Assembly: GCF_009914755.1 (NCBI RefSeq)
Contig: NC_060942.1
Direction: 5' to 3' (one strand)
Length of the DNA: 64,000 nt
From: the human T2T-CHM13v2.0 reference genome, Homo sapiens
Positions 42,291-64,000 of this stretch are shown here, piece after piece (within the stretch, counting starts at the first letter, position 1; each line of letters starts with the position of its first letter). The translations under genes were made by a program, and so were the position numbers. The notes below the pieces were generated by a model. It was given only the letters and a program-made list of their open reading frames with translations. It had not been told where the DNA came from and ran no database searches.

Positions 42291-43170
42291 TCAAAAAAAA
42301 AAAAAAAAAAAAAAGATTTGAAGGTGAGGGTGGCAGGGGAAGAGGCAGAGAACATTGAGACTGTGTTGTAATAGTCCAGGGATTGAAGTCTGTTCTCATT
42401 TCATTACAGTTTTCCGTCTGTCCAGCTCCACCACTAAATAGTGTCTTTATTCCGAGGAGCTACCTGATTTGGGACTCAGTCTTCCTACAAGGCAAAAAGA
42501 GAAGACCTGGATGCTCCACGTGGTCCAGACATGGAGCAAGTAAACCGAGCTCTCGCCACACCGCACAGTCTCCTCAGCCTCCTGCTCAATGTGCTTTCAT
42601 TGGAAATGCTTATTGTAAATGATGACACTTTTTTAAAACCAAAATTCAATTAAATTCAATACATATTTATTGGGCACATGCTTCATTTAAGTTCCTGGTT
42701 TACAAAGATCCATTCCTACCCCTGAGGACCTCATAATCTGTGGGAGACATAAATAGAAACAGCTGAGAATGATCATATAAAATCCACACATAGCCTCTTG
42801 CACACATATCCCAGAAAGGAAAGGACAAAACTTTAAACGCATCCATGCCTTTGGTTTTGGAAATGTTACGGATTTTGAGAGTATCAAATGCAGTACATTC
42901 TCCTATTATTGAGAGTTAGGTAGCTCAGACAATCTTCTACAGAGATATGAAAAGATAGGTTGAAAAAATAAGTCTCCAGTTTCTTTGGAGTTTGCTGTTT
43001 AGGAAAAAATGCAACGTAAGTGTCTCAGGGTTGGCTGGGTATGATGACTCATGTCTGTAATCACAGTGACTCAGAAGGCTTCAGTGGGATGGATGGTTGA
43101 GTCCAGGAGTTTGAGACCAGCCTGAACAACATAGCAAGAGCCCGTCTCTAAAAACATTTTTTTTTAATTA

Positions 43171-43350
<180 letters not shown>

Positions 43351-43560
43351 TTACAGGTTGAAGTAGACAATATGGTACTAAGATTCATAATAAAATAATG
43401 GGAATCACTTATGTACTCTATTTTACTTAGTCATTGCATTTAAAATCTGTGATGAAATATACAATTATAGGAATAATGTAATTTAAAACCAGTGAAAGGC
43501 TGGGCATGGTGGCTCACACCTGTAATCCCAGCACTTTGGGAGGCTGAAGGAGGTAGATCA

Positions 43561-43848
<288 letters not shown>

Positions 43849-44618
43849 TTAAATTTGGGATCTGCTAAAATAGTGGCTCTGTGATACATTGTAGCAAGTC
43901 AATGGATAGCCTCTGCCTTTAGGCAAAGCGATGAATATTAATCACGAAAGCTCCCCCAGTTTAAGCAATCTAGTAGGCAGAACCAAATTCGGCATATTGT
44001 AAGAGCTCTGGTCTTCCAGCCAGAATGCCTGGTTTCTGATTGCAGCTGTTACTTCCTAGCTGTGTGTTCTTGGAGAAGTTACTTGATCCTCCTGTGCCTC
44101 AGTCCCCTTGACAGTAAAATGAAGATGATGGTAATAGTATCTGTCCATGACTAAATGAGTCACTCCACAGCCCAAGGCAAATGCTCCATCAGTGCTCAAT
44201 ACTATAATTGTGATCATGCTGGTGTTAAGCATCCAGGTTTGGGGTTAGGATCTATCTAGGAAATGATTCCTGACAAAGTTTTCAGAGATCCTGGAATCCG
44301 TTGATGAGAGTGGTTGCAGTGTCTCCTCTCTAGAATACTTTAGAAAAGAAAAGGCTAAGAGGCTGGACCGGGTGGCTCATGCCTGCAATCTCCGCACTTT
44401 GGGAGGCTGAGGAGTGTGGATCACTTGAGCCCAGGAATTTGAGACCAGCCTGGCCAACGTGGTGAAACCTTGTCTCTACTAAAAATACAAAAATTAACCC
44501 AGGATGGTGGTGCGTGACTGTAGTTCCAGCTACCTGGGAGGCTGATATGGGAAGATTGCTTGAGCCTGGAAGGCAGAGGTTGTAGTGAGCACTCCAGCTT
44601 GGGTGACAGAGTAAGAAC

Positions 44619-44777
44619 AAGAAAAAGAAAGAAAGAAAGAAAGGAAAGAAAAGGAAGAGAGGGAGGGAGGGAGGAAGAAAGAGAGAGAGAGAAGGAAGGA
44701 AGGAAAGAAAGAAAGAGAAAGAAAGAAAAAGAGAGAAAGAAAAAGAAAAAGAAAGAAAGAAGAAAGAAAGAAAGAAA

Positions 44778-44861
<84 letters not shown>

Positions 44862-44863
44862 GA
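44619..44863. repeat. 245-nt pure purine compound microsatellite (GAAA/GGAA/GA) derived from an Alu tail
   Basis: No pyrimidine seen on the + strand across the interval. Confidence 0.93.
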
Positions 44864-45749
44864 TGCTAAGGGATAGTTATCTGGCTAGCCTTAGCTAGTG
44901 ATAGAAGGAACGGATGTTCTAAAGATACTAGTAAACCGTAATGTCCACACATGGATGCATCTAATCCTTACCACACACCAGTGGGGTGGGCAGTATGATC
45001 CTCATTTGACAGGTAACAAGACGGACTGGATGAATGAATGTTCCACAGCTAGATCTGTTCCTACTCCTAGAGGATAATAAATGGCAAGACTGGACTTTGA
45101 AATCAGGATGTGGCTTTGAATTCTGGGTGGGATAACTCCTAGATATGTGACCTGGAACAAGCGTGTTGCCTCATGTTTTTTCAATAGTGCTTGGCATACA
45201 AGAAGTGTTCAACAGCTGGCCCAGTGATAATCTAGAATCAGTGCAGCACAGTGGGGAGGGGGAATCTTGTAACCTGGGTTCTCACCTCAGCGTGTGATCA
45301 TGGGGTAGAGAGCTTTGAAACCTGCTTGAACTTCAGTTAACTCATTTGTAAAACGGGAAGAATAGCACCAACTTTGGAAGATCATCCTGAGCTTAACGCT
45401 GTAGGAGGTAGAGGTCAATGTGAGTGGACGGTGGAGCCAGGACTGTAGCCCAGGTCTTTCGGGTCATGCTGTGTGCTCTTCCACTTCCCTGCCTCACTGC
45501 ACAAATGCGCTCCCCACGCCCACGGACGCCCCAGGGGCGCCAGGCGCTGCTCTAGGCTGAGACTCAGCCGACTCAGACAAGGGCCCTGCCCTCTCGCCCT
45601 ATCTCATCCTGGAGAAGAGTACCCTCTTCTTAGAACAAGCATCTCACTTCCGTGCACTTCAACTTCGTTTGTGGCAGTGCAGGGTACTTTGCAAAGCTAA
45701 AAAGTAGTTTATGCGAAAGGGAGACTCTTTTTCCTTAGAGGATTTGCCA

Positions 45750-46619
<870 letters not shown>

Positions 46620-46632
<13 letters not shown>

Positions 46633-47460
46633 AGTACAAACCGGCGTAGCTGGACAGGGCCTTGGGAGAATTTGGACAGTGGGAGTAAGGACGAGCGTCG
46701 CCTCCTACGCCCGCGGCATCTGCAGCAAGCGCGCATCGCGCACCCCAGGGTAGCAGCGCAGGTCTGGGGCTGCGCCACAGCCGCGCCCGCAGAGCTATTT
46801 TTAGCCGCTGCAGCCAGCCTAGCCACCAGACGGGGTGGGCGGCATCCAAGGGCGCCCCGCCCATCGAGGCCCCGCCCACGCCGCGCCCGGAGCCGCGCGG
46901 CCCGAAGCACCCGGCCCGGATCGCAGAGCCCGCGCCCTGCGCCGGCGGCAATGAAGATCTGGAGCTCGGAGCACGTGTTTGGGTGAGGCCGGGCTGAGGG
47001 CCGCGGTGGGGCCGTCCAGACGCCGGCTCCTGCTCCCGAGCCCGGCTGGAGCGGTCCAGGAAAGGCCGGACCTCACAGCGGGCCTCGCGGAGATCCCCGC
47101 CCCGCGCCGGCCGTTCCCAGACCGCAACTTCGGCGTCCCGGAGAGGGCACGCGCGCTTCCCCGGGACCGCGGTCTGGGCGAGGCTCTGCGCCGGGTACGG
47201 CCTCTTCCCCGGCGTGCGCAGGGGCCTGGCTGCAGGCACAGAGGCCCCGCTGGTGGTCGACAGCCAGGGCGGGGGCAGCCGGAGCGGGGGCGGCCGGGGC
47301 GGGGGCGGCCGGAGCCGGGGGGGCGGCCGGGGGCCTGGCGCTCGCTGCTCTCCTTGGGGTCGGGAGCAGGGCAGGGGAGAGGCCTGCAAGCTGGCGCCTT
47401 TGCTGAGATTGTCATAAACCTTCCGCGCGTTTCACGGAGGGCCCACGGCGGGCTGTGAGC
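46620..47460. promoter_or_regulatory. CpG island / PRELID3A promoter and exon 1
   Basis: High GC and CpG content surrounding ATG 46951; GC boxes; MEF2-type CTATTTTTAG at 46795-46804. Confidence 0.92.
46951..46982 (+). CDS. PRELID3A: PRELID3A (SLMO1) coding exon 1 ([11 protein letters not shown])
   Basis: ATG in a CpG island; typical Ups2/Slowmo N-terminus; donor GTGAGG at 46983; 32 nt. Confidence 0.93.
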
Positions 47461-47584
47461 TCTGGAGGAAGCTAAAGGGGCAGAAGGCATTTCGGGGGCC
47501 CTGGCTCTGAACTCACTTGTAGGCATGGAAGGCCTCCAAGCTAGCGTGGAAAACCTCGAACTGTTTAAAAATGCTCCCCCGGCA

Positions 47585-47890
47585 CACGGATGGAAGTGGA
47601 GGTCATTATCTTAAGTGAAGCCAGGCCCAGAAAGACAAGTATCGCATGTTCCCACTCCTAAGTGGGTGCTTAAGAATGTGTTCACATGGATGTGGAGAGT
47701 GGAACGTCAGATGATGGAGACTCTGAAGGGTGAGGGGGTGGGTGCAGGGAGGATAATGAGAATTGCTTAATGGGTGCAAGACACCTTCCCGGGTAATGCA
47801 TACCCTAGAAGTCCTGACTTGACCACTACGAAATTTATGCATGTAACGAAATTGCACATATACTCCATAGAATTGTGCAAATAAAAAGAA
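47585..47890 (+). mobile_element. L1MA-like 3' end fragment
   Basis: GGATGGAAGTGGAGGTCATTATCTTAAGTGAA...GCATGTTCCCACTC..., ending in AATAAA plus an A-rich tail. Confidence 0.8.
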
Positions 47891-48163
47891 GAAAAAAGTG
47901 CCCTCCTAACCTAAGTGGTATCTTTTCCTTAAGTCAGTGATCTGTGACACACTGAAATTATTCTTTAATGTTTATTTACAGCAACAAAGATTTTTTAATT
48001 ATCTGACCTCACTTAAGCATTAAATATTTTATTTTGGGGGGAAAAAAAGTACTGCGTGGAAGGAAATTGTCATCCTTTGACTCTTTTTATTTATTTTTTT
48101 CGAGACAGAGTCTCATTCTGTCACCCAGGCTGGGTTTTTTTTTTTTTTTTTTTTTTTTTTTGA

Positions 48164-48271
<108 letters not shown>

Positions 48272-49652
48272 TAGCTGGGACTACAGGTGTGGGCCATCAC
48301 GCCCGGCTAATTTTTGTATTTTTAGTAGAAACAGGGTTTCGCCATGTTGGCCAGGCTGGTCTCGAGCTCCTGACCTCAGGTGATCCACCCGCCTCGGCCT
48401 CCCAAAGTGCTGGGATTATAGGTGTGAGCCACCGTGACTGGCCTGACTTTAAACATGTAAAATTATAATAAAAATATATCAAGTGGTTTCAAAACCTCTG
48501 AAATTATTTTTCATGAAGTCTTTAGACTTGATGGGATCTAATTTTTTGTATGGCTTGCAGTGTTTCTCAAGTGGGTTTCCATCAGCAACAAGGATGGGGG
48601 CATCACTGAGCCGTCTGGATGCTGTGGACAGTTAAGTCATTGCATACCAGGAGTGCCAGGTGGTTGGGGCTCAGTTTTCTCATGGAATGGCCGAGGTCTG
48701 CCCTAGAGGTTTGTGAAATGTCTGTGGACAAGCACAAATGAATAGCTAGCTGTGAAAAATCACAGTTGATGCTTTTGAAAATTGTTGCAGCTGCTAACTC
48801 CCATTTATTTTTTTTAAGCTTTACCGAAGGATACTTTACATACCATAAAATTATACACATTTTAAGTGTATAATTCATTAAGTTTTGCTAAGTATGACCA
48901 TCACACACACAGTCCAGTCTTAGAACACTTCTGTCCTCCTGCAGAGGTGCCCCATGCTCATTAGCTTCACATTTTACCCCATTTTCACCCCTGCCCCAGG
49001 CAACCAGGAATCTTTTCTGTTTCTATGAATTTGCCTTGTTGGGACATTGCATGTAAATGTCATCCTGCAATATGGGGTGTTTTGTGTCTGTCTGCTTTCA
49101 CTTAGCATGATTTTCTTGAGGCTCACCATGTGGTAGAGTGTCAGTATTTCATTTCTCCCATCATTCATTTTGTATTCCTGGCACCCCGCCGGGGCCCGGC
49201 GCCTAGCAGGTGCTCGGAAGGGGTGAGGAATCTTACATGGAGATCAGATGTCCTTCCAGGACAGGGGCAGCTATCCACCAAAGGAATCCCGGTCATCCCT
49301 GGAGCTGCTGTGGACTAGGTGCTGATTCTCTGCCATAGACTTTTGAACTTGAAAGCAAAGGGCCGTAATGAAGCCTGACAAATGTGGAATGTGGCTGGCC
49401 GAGGATGCTGTCATTGGCCTGTGGCTGGACGGGTTATGAATGATGTGGTACCATGAGGTGGTACCATGAGGTGTCATAGCATCCAAATGACAGTACAAAT
49501 TGGAAGTCTGGCTTCCTGGCTGGACTTACTGTGTAGTTTTCCCCTTGTTTCGTCCATTGAAACCCCTGATTTTTTTCCTTTGAGGATTATAGACCTTTCT
49601 TTTTCTTTCTATACTTAAAAAAAGTTTGTTGTACTGTTAGGTGAACATTTGA

Positions 49653-49934
<282 letters not shown>

Positions 49935-50217
49935 TGAAGTGCTGGGATTACAGTACTTTTGAAATGAAGAAATAATTAGGCACAAACAGTTTGATCTTAT
50001 CAAGTTTTCTTCCTGTGTCCACATTGAGAAGAAACTCCGCCCCTGAGATCATCATAGCAGACAGCAGTGTAAACACTCAGACAAAAACAGAGAGCCCGGG
50101 GAAAGGCCACTGAATTAACGTGTGTGTTACCTAGACAGGGGTGAAAGTAGTTTAAATAAAATTAAAAAGTATATGGCCAAAATATAGAAAGGGGCATTTA
50201 AAAATGCGGGCGTTTCA

Positions 50218-50659
<442 letters not shown>

Positions 50660-50818
50660 TCATGCCTAAAGCAGGCTTGCCTTACAGCTAGGAGCAGGGA
50701 AGAGAAATTGAACATTACAGATGAGTTGAAGCCTGCTCTTCCCCTCCCCACTGGTGTTCCACTGTGTCTCCCTCCCTGCAGGCAGCCGTGAGGATCAGTT
50801 TGGTGGGCATCCTTCTGA

Positions 50819-51049
<231 letters not shown>

Positions 51050-51100
51050 TGACTACTTTTTTGTATTTTTAGTTTAGCCAGGATGGTCTCCATCTCCTGA

Positions 51101-51493
<393 letters not shown>

Positions 51494-51676
51494 TGAGATG
51501 TCTATAGATGTCTACATAAATATATGTAGATATAGATAGATATTAATAGCTGTATGAATGTGCCACCATTTATTCTTTTTCTTATTGAAGGGCATTAAGT
51601 TTTCCTCTTATTACAAATCGAACTGCAGTGACCAGCCCTGTGTCTATTTCCCACTCAATCAAGGGCCCACTTAGGC

Positions 51677-53838
<2,162 letters not shown>

Positions 53839-53924
53839 TGGAGGCCTTGGGTCACTTGGTGGTGGGGTATAGCAGGCCTACTATCTTGTTTTTGGCTGCC
53901 TACATCTTTTTTTCTTTCTTTTTT

Positions 53925-56453
<2,529 letters not shown>

Positions 56454-57885
56454 TAAGATGCAAGAATTTTATATGAAAGAAACATTATTTGAGATAAGCT
56501 TAATGCAAAAATCTCTCAATGTTTAGATTATTTTAAGCTTAATGTTAGAAGGCATACCCTGTTCTGCTTAAAGTAATGATTTCTATGGGAATAAGTCTAA
56601 GGAACTTAACTGAAAAGCCATCAGACTATTCATTGAGGAGGCTCTCCTGGGTGACTGGGACCCTTTCTGCTTCACATGTATCTCTAGATTCACCTTCCTT
56701 ACCTAGATCTGGGGTCTGCCATGTCCCTGACAGTTCTTTCCTAAACCTCAGAGAGACGAAAGGGCTCCACTCTGACTGAATTCCTAGAGTGATCAGGACC
56801 ACCCAGTCTTGGCTTCTTCATCCCTCTCTTCTCTTTATGTTAGCCAGTGGAATGCGTCAGCTTAGTGACACAATTGCATGGTTCGAAAAACTGAACATAA
56901 GTGTTCTATTGTTAAGAGAGGATTCCAGGCCAGGCCCTGACAATTTAGAGGCCACCGAATGTAATAGAACAGGTTAGGGAGCTGCGAGACCTGGTTCTCA
57001 TCTGGGCCCTGCTGCTAACTTTCACCTAGGACAAGAGTGTTTGATGAGGGTAAAGTAAATTACTGATCACTCTGTTATATTGAAAATTGACCTCAAATAT
57101 GGAAGAAAAAACTTCAGTATCCTCATAATCTTTCATATTTTATTTGGAAATTTCATTTCTACAACTTTATCCTAAGGAAGAATTAGATATGTTGAAAGAC
57201 TAATGTACACAAATGTTCACTACTGTTATAATTTATCGTGTAAAAGTGAAAGCAATCTACATAACATAACCCACCATAGAGGACTGGTGAAATATACACA
57301 GCCACAAGATGACCTAGTGTACAGCTGTTTATAATCATATTCCTGAAAATGGCTTCATGATATAGGAAAATGTTTATCAGCAGTTATAAAAAATGGATGG
57401 TAAACCCATATATTGAGTGTAATCCCAGTTTAATTTTTCAAGATGTGTGTGCATGTGCATGTATGTGTGTCTGCATGCATATGTGCACACATGTGAATGT
57501 GATGGTGCATAGGTGTGTGCACACATCTGGGCTTGCCTCTGGGCTGTGTCTATACATATGCTGGACAAACCTCTCTGGGCACTTCTGAAGAAATGATGAT
57601 CTTGTCAGAGAATGTTTGTCCTTGCAGGAGGCTCAGAGGCTTCCTGGGAGAGAGCACACCTTGAAGGAAGGGTGGATTAGGACAATTAGGGCAATAAAGT
57701 GACTTGCTAGCAACCCCTTAGCAGTCCGGGGGAAGGTCCATGCTGGACAGGTGTGGTGGCCCCTCACTTGGCTCCCTTCAGACGTGTGTCTGACCCTGCA
57801 GGTTTCAGGCCTAAACAAGTGCAGAGCTCTGGAAAGCAATGGGTGACTTGCAACCACTCTGATGGCAGGAAATAAAACAAGGGGA

Positions 57886-59097
<1,212 letters not shown>

Positions 59098-59207
59098 AAG
59101 GGGCTGCCAGGTGCCGAGGCGTGCAGGTGCTGAGCCGGCGGCCGGGGAGGGCTCGCGGGACTCCTCAGATTTGTCGGACCAGCCTTTCATTAAAGTGAAG
59201 AGACTAG

Positions 59208-59888
<681 letters not shown>

Positions 59889-60517
59889 TAGCACTGCCAG
59901 GCGCCCCTCCTCCTGGTTTAACCGCCTCTAAAGCCCAGCGTCCGCAGCCAGCCGCATCCTAGGGCACCGGGATTAGGCTTCACCATGGTTCAGCCCCCCG
60001 TGGCCTCTTCCTCAGAGCCAGGGAGGTCGCTGGAAATGCAAATCTGAGCACGGCTCACCCCAACCCGGCCCCTGGATCTCGCCTCCACCTGCAGTCCACA
60101 CCCTGGCCTGGCGCAGGCCTCTCAGTCAGCCCAGCTCCTGCTGCAGGGGCCTGCACCTGCTGCCCCCAGCCTGACACCCCCACCCCAGCACTATGGTGGT
60201 ACCTTCCTCTTTGGGGCTCTGCCCAGACTCCGCCCGGCAGAGGGGCCTCCTAGCTCCACTGCCCGCAGCCTGTTTTATTTTGCCGGGAGCATAGTGCTGC
60301 TGCACGCTCCACTCTGTTGGAATTCATTTCTTTGCTCAGTGGCTCACCTGCTGGAGCGGAAGCGCCCTGGACACAGGGGTTTTGTCTCTGTCCCTTGCTG
60401 CATCCCATGATATCATTTCTAGAATAGTGAACTAATTAGTAAATGCAATGGTATTCGGTGGTGATATGAAGTAGAATTTTTAACGTTCCACTATGCTAGT
60501 TTTGCTTTGTTTTCTAG

Positions 60518-60625
<108 letters not shown>

Positions 60626-60934
60626 TGAGAAACGGGCTCAGTGTGTCTGGGTGGTGGTGCGTAAGGCCTTCGTTTAATTCTATTTCCAGCCCACCTTTGG
60701 TCTAGGTGTTGCTTATTTTTAACAGAAAGGCTGAATTCATTTAGCAGTTTATCTTTTTATTCAAGTATAATAAGTATATAGAAAAATGCACATAATGATG
60801 AATTGTCACAAAGAACGCACCTCTTAACTAGCAGGCAGTTCAAGCAACAGAATTTGACCAGCCCCTGAGACCCCTTGGGCACCCCCCACAGGATAACCAC
60901 TGTCCTGACAACCAGCAGACGTTTTTGTTTTTTT

Positions 60935-61637
<703 letters not shown>

Positions 61638-62712
61638 CAACAGGTATTTTTAAAGCTACTTCCCCCCTTCACTCCTCTCTCACTTCTCTCAATTAAAAAA
61701 TGTATATTGGCCTAATGCAAATGCAAGAACATGTTGGGAAATATGCATGGGCTAGCAAAATTATTTATTTCAAAAAATAATCCTTATTTTCAGCAAATAT
61801 AGAAATGGGCTATGGTGGGTGAAGTCAGCGGTGCCCTCATCTGGCCTCACTTTTCTGTCCCCAGTGCCACGGTTGGCTCTAGCCACCACTATTTACTGGT
61901 TCTGCCAACGGTATCAAGTGCCTGCCAGGTACCCAGCACAGTGCTAGGGATGGGGAATGCAAGGATTAAGATATTTCCTCCTGACTGGCTCTGTCATCGC
62001 ACGGTGGGCATCTAGACAACCCACATAGGTGGCAGCGAGCAGGAGCTCCCCTAAGTGGCCATGTGAAGGTAGGTGACAGGGAGCCTGGCAGGACTTCTCC
62101 ATACACACTGGCAGTGGGCGCCCTTGAGCCTTAGAGAGCCACAAACAGATGGCGTTAGAGACTAAGAGGGGAAGGTGGTGTGGGAGGGAGGAGGCTGGAG
62201 AGGGGCAGGCACAAGACCACAGAAGAGGCAGAGGAGCCGGAGGTCGTTTTCGTGGTAAGAGGGAGCCACTGAGAGTTTGTTGCAGGAAGGTGAGGTAGCC
62301 GGGTTGTGTGTTGGGAAGAATACCTTGGCAGCCCTGTGGAGAGAGGGCCGGGGGGATGTTGGGACCTGAGCCAGGGAGACCAGTAGTCCGGGCAGGTAAT
62401 TGTCCAGGTGAGAGGTAGCAGAGGCCACCTGGGGTGAGACATGGGGAGTAAGGAACAGGAGGCTCACGACGCAGCTCTGCTCTCTGGTTAGGGCGCCAGG
62501 CTGAATGGTGGCCCATGAGGGGCAGGTGTGAGAAGAGAGAGGTAAGCTTGCTTTGCACATCTTGAGTATGCAGCCCCTGCACAGCAGGCTGTGGAGTGTC
62601 CAGCCTGAAGCTGAAGGTGCGGCCAGCAGTGCTGCAGTGAGGGAATGGCGACCTGGTCCCAGGGGCAGGCAGGGCTGGTGGGTGCAGTGGGTGGGGACAG
62701 GGCTGAGGAGCA

Positions 62713-62747
62713 GGTCATCCAGGCGGCCATGCGCAAGTACCCGAACC
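62713..62747 (+). repeat. Exact 35-nt dispersed copy of PRELID3A exon 2 sequence (source 59318-59352)
   Basis: GGTCATCCAGGCGGCCATGCGCAAGTACCCGAACC is identical at both positions; the flanks are unrelated. Confidence 0.95.
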
Positions 62748-64000
62748 GGTACCTGGGCAGCTCCCCATCTTCTCAGCATCTTGTGGGAGGCCCAGTGTTT
62801 GAAAGAAAGTGGAGCTGCTCTGGGTCCTGCGGCTCCCCTGCCCCAACCAGAGGGCCTCGGGAGCTCCTATGAGCTTCTCAGGTGGCCATGGGAACAGTCC
62901 CCCAGGATGCTCAGTGCTGTCGGCCAGCCACACTCTGCCCAGCTGGGAGCACCTTCCGTAGAAGGCAGGGGGTGCATCCCTGTGTGCTGAGATGAGGCTG
63001 TGAGCCACCTGCAGGATAGAGCCTAGCTCCTTAGTGTACTACCTGGACTTCTGCCAATGTTCCCTGGTCCTATTGGCTCCTTGTCCCAGGCTGCACAAAG
63101 TCACAGGAGCCTGTCAGGTCCCCACTGGCTATTCCTGACAGCTTACGTATTATGTTCTTTCTGCCCCCAAAACCAATATTTACTTATGAAATTCCACCTT
63201 ATCCTTCCAGAAAACTCAGTTGTATGTAAAAAGGAGCAGTTTATGCTCCAGTGAAGTCTGATGGGAAGGAAACAGGGTTTGGAGCAAGACAGACATGTGC
63301 TTGCATCCTGAAGCCATCGCTGGATGGCCCGATGACTTGGGGATGCTATTTACATTTTCTGAGTCTCACATTTCTTGTATAAAAAAGAAAAGAACAAACC
63401 TCAGAGGAGTAAGGTTTATGAAACACAGTGACTTGCATAAAATATTGCACATAAAATGACAACAGCTAATCAGAGTTTAATTTGTAATTGATGCTGTTAG
63501 ATAGTTCTGTTGAATGTAACGCCCATACACGTGAGACTCTTGATAACCTGGCACTCTGTAGGAGGAGAGAGATTTCCTACTAACCATTTGCATTGGGACA
63601 GTGAGGCTGGGGGAGGGATTCAGTGAGAGATTACTGAAAAAATGAGTATTTATCACTACAGAAAGGTTAATTTGCTTTTCACCGTTTAAACTTTTTAAAA
63701 CATGGTCTTTTATCAGAATTGGCATTTTGAGAAGAGGGTGAACTGAGTTAAACAATGAAGCAATTCTAGAGCTCTGTTGTCCAGTGTGGCAGCCACCAGC
63801 AACATGTGGCTATTTAATTTTAAGCTATTTATGGCCAGTGCGGTGGCCCACGCCTGTAATCCCAGCACTTTGGGAGGCTGAGGCAGGCAGGTCACCTGAC
63901 TTCTCTGAGGTCAGGATTTCCAGACCAGCTTGGCCAACATGGCAAAACCCCATCTCTACTAAAAATACAAAAATTAGCCGGGCATGGTGGCGGGTGCCTG

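Noticed and set aside
42383-42622. Exon-like unique stretch with a 79-aa ORF
   Set aside because: No recognisable homology, a weak donor (GTAAAC) and no partner exons
44560-44898. Lys/Glu/Arg-rich 112-aa ORF
   Set aside because: Translation of the (GAAA)n purine tract
45525-45545. CTCF-like GCCCCAGGGGCGCC
   Set aside because: One G short of the core spacing; cannot be called without a PWM scan or ChIP data
49445-49470. 13-nt tandem duplication GTGGTACCATGAG x2
   Set aside because: An ordinary slippage duplication with no functional context
57444-57525. Alternating purine-pyrimidine (TG/CA) tract with Z-DNA potential
   Set aside because: A degenerate, interrupted common microsatellite without CG repeats
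61944-62779. Overlapping 205-212 aa minus-strand ORFs in PRELID3A intron 3
   Set aside because: They lie in moderately GC-rich sequence partly resembling decayed L2; no domain similarity, and both start at non-ATG codons

Overview
Primate, almost certainly human, genomic DNA that is very Alu-dense, recognisable as the AFG3L2-PRELID3A (SLMO1) locus (chr18p11.21 from recall). The minus strand carries AFG3L2 coding exons 1-6 (mitochondrial m-AAA protease subunit; ATG at 16059; exon lengths 114/100/78/107/153/75 nt, all GT-AG and in phase), and the gene continues off the left edge. The plus strand carries PRELID3A coding exons 1-3 (PRELI/MSF1 lipid-transfer family; ATG at 46951; 32/169/90 nt), and it continues off the right edge. 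The genes diverge from two CpG-island promoters about 31 kb apart, separated by fragmented L1, Alu, LTR and DNA-transposon relics. Nearly all other ORFs in the track are Alu, simple-repeat or GC-rich artefacts. I found no evidence of a new multi-gene system. The most unusual signals are: (1) an exact 35-nt copy of PRELID3A exon 2 sequence inside intron 3, with a templated-insertion signature; (2) an Alu-mediated micro-inversion revealed by a target-site duplication now lying in inverted orientation; (3) a piggyBac-derived MER85 element inside an MLT1 LTR; (4) a compact ERR/CRE/GABPA/Sp1 cluster in AFG3L2 intron 1 and a distal NRF1+ARE element; (5) inverted Alus bracketing short exons. Repeat family names are from recalled consensus sequences, not from a search, and repeat boundaries are approximate.
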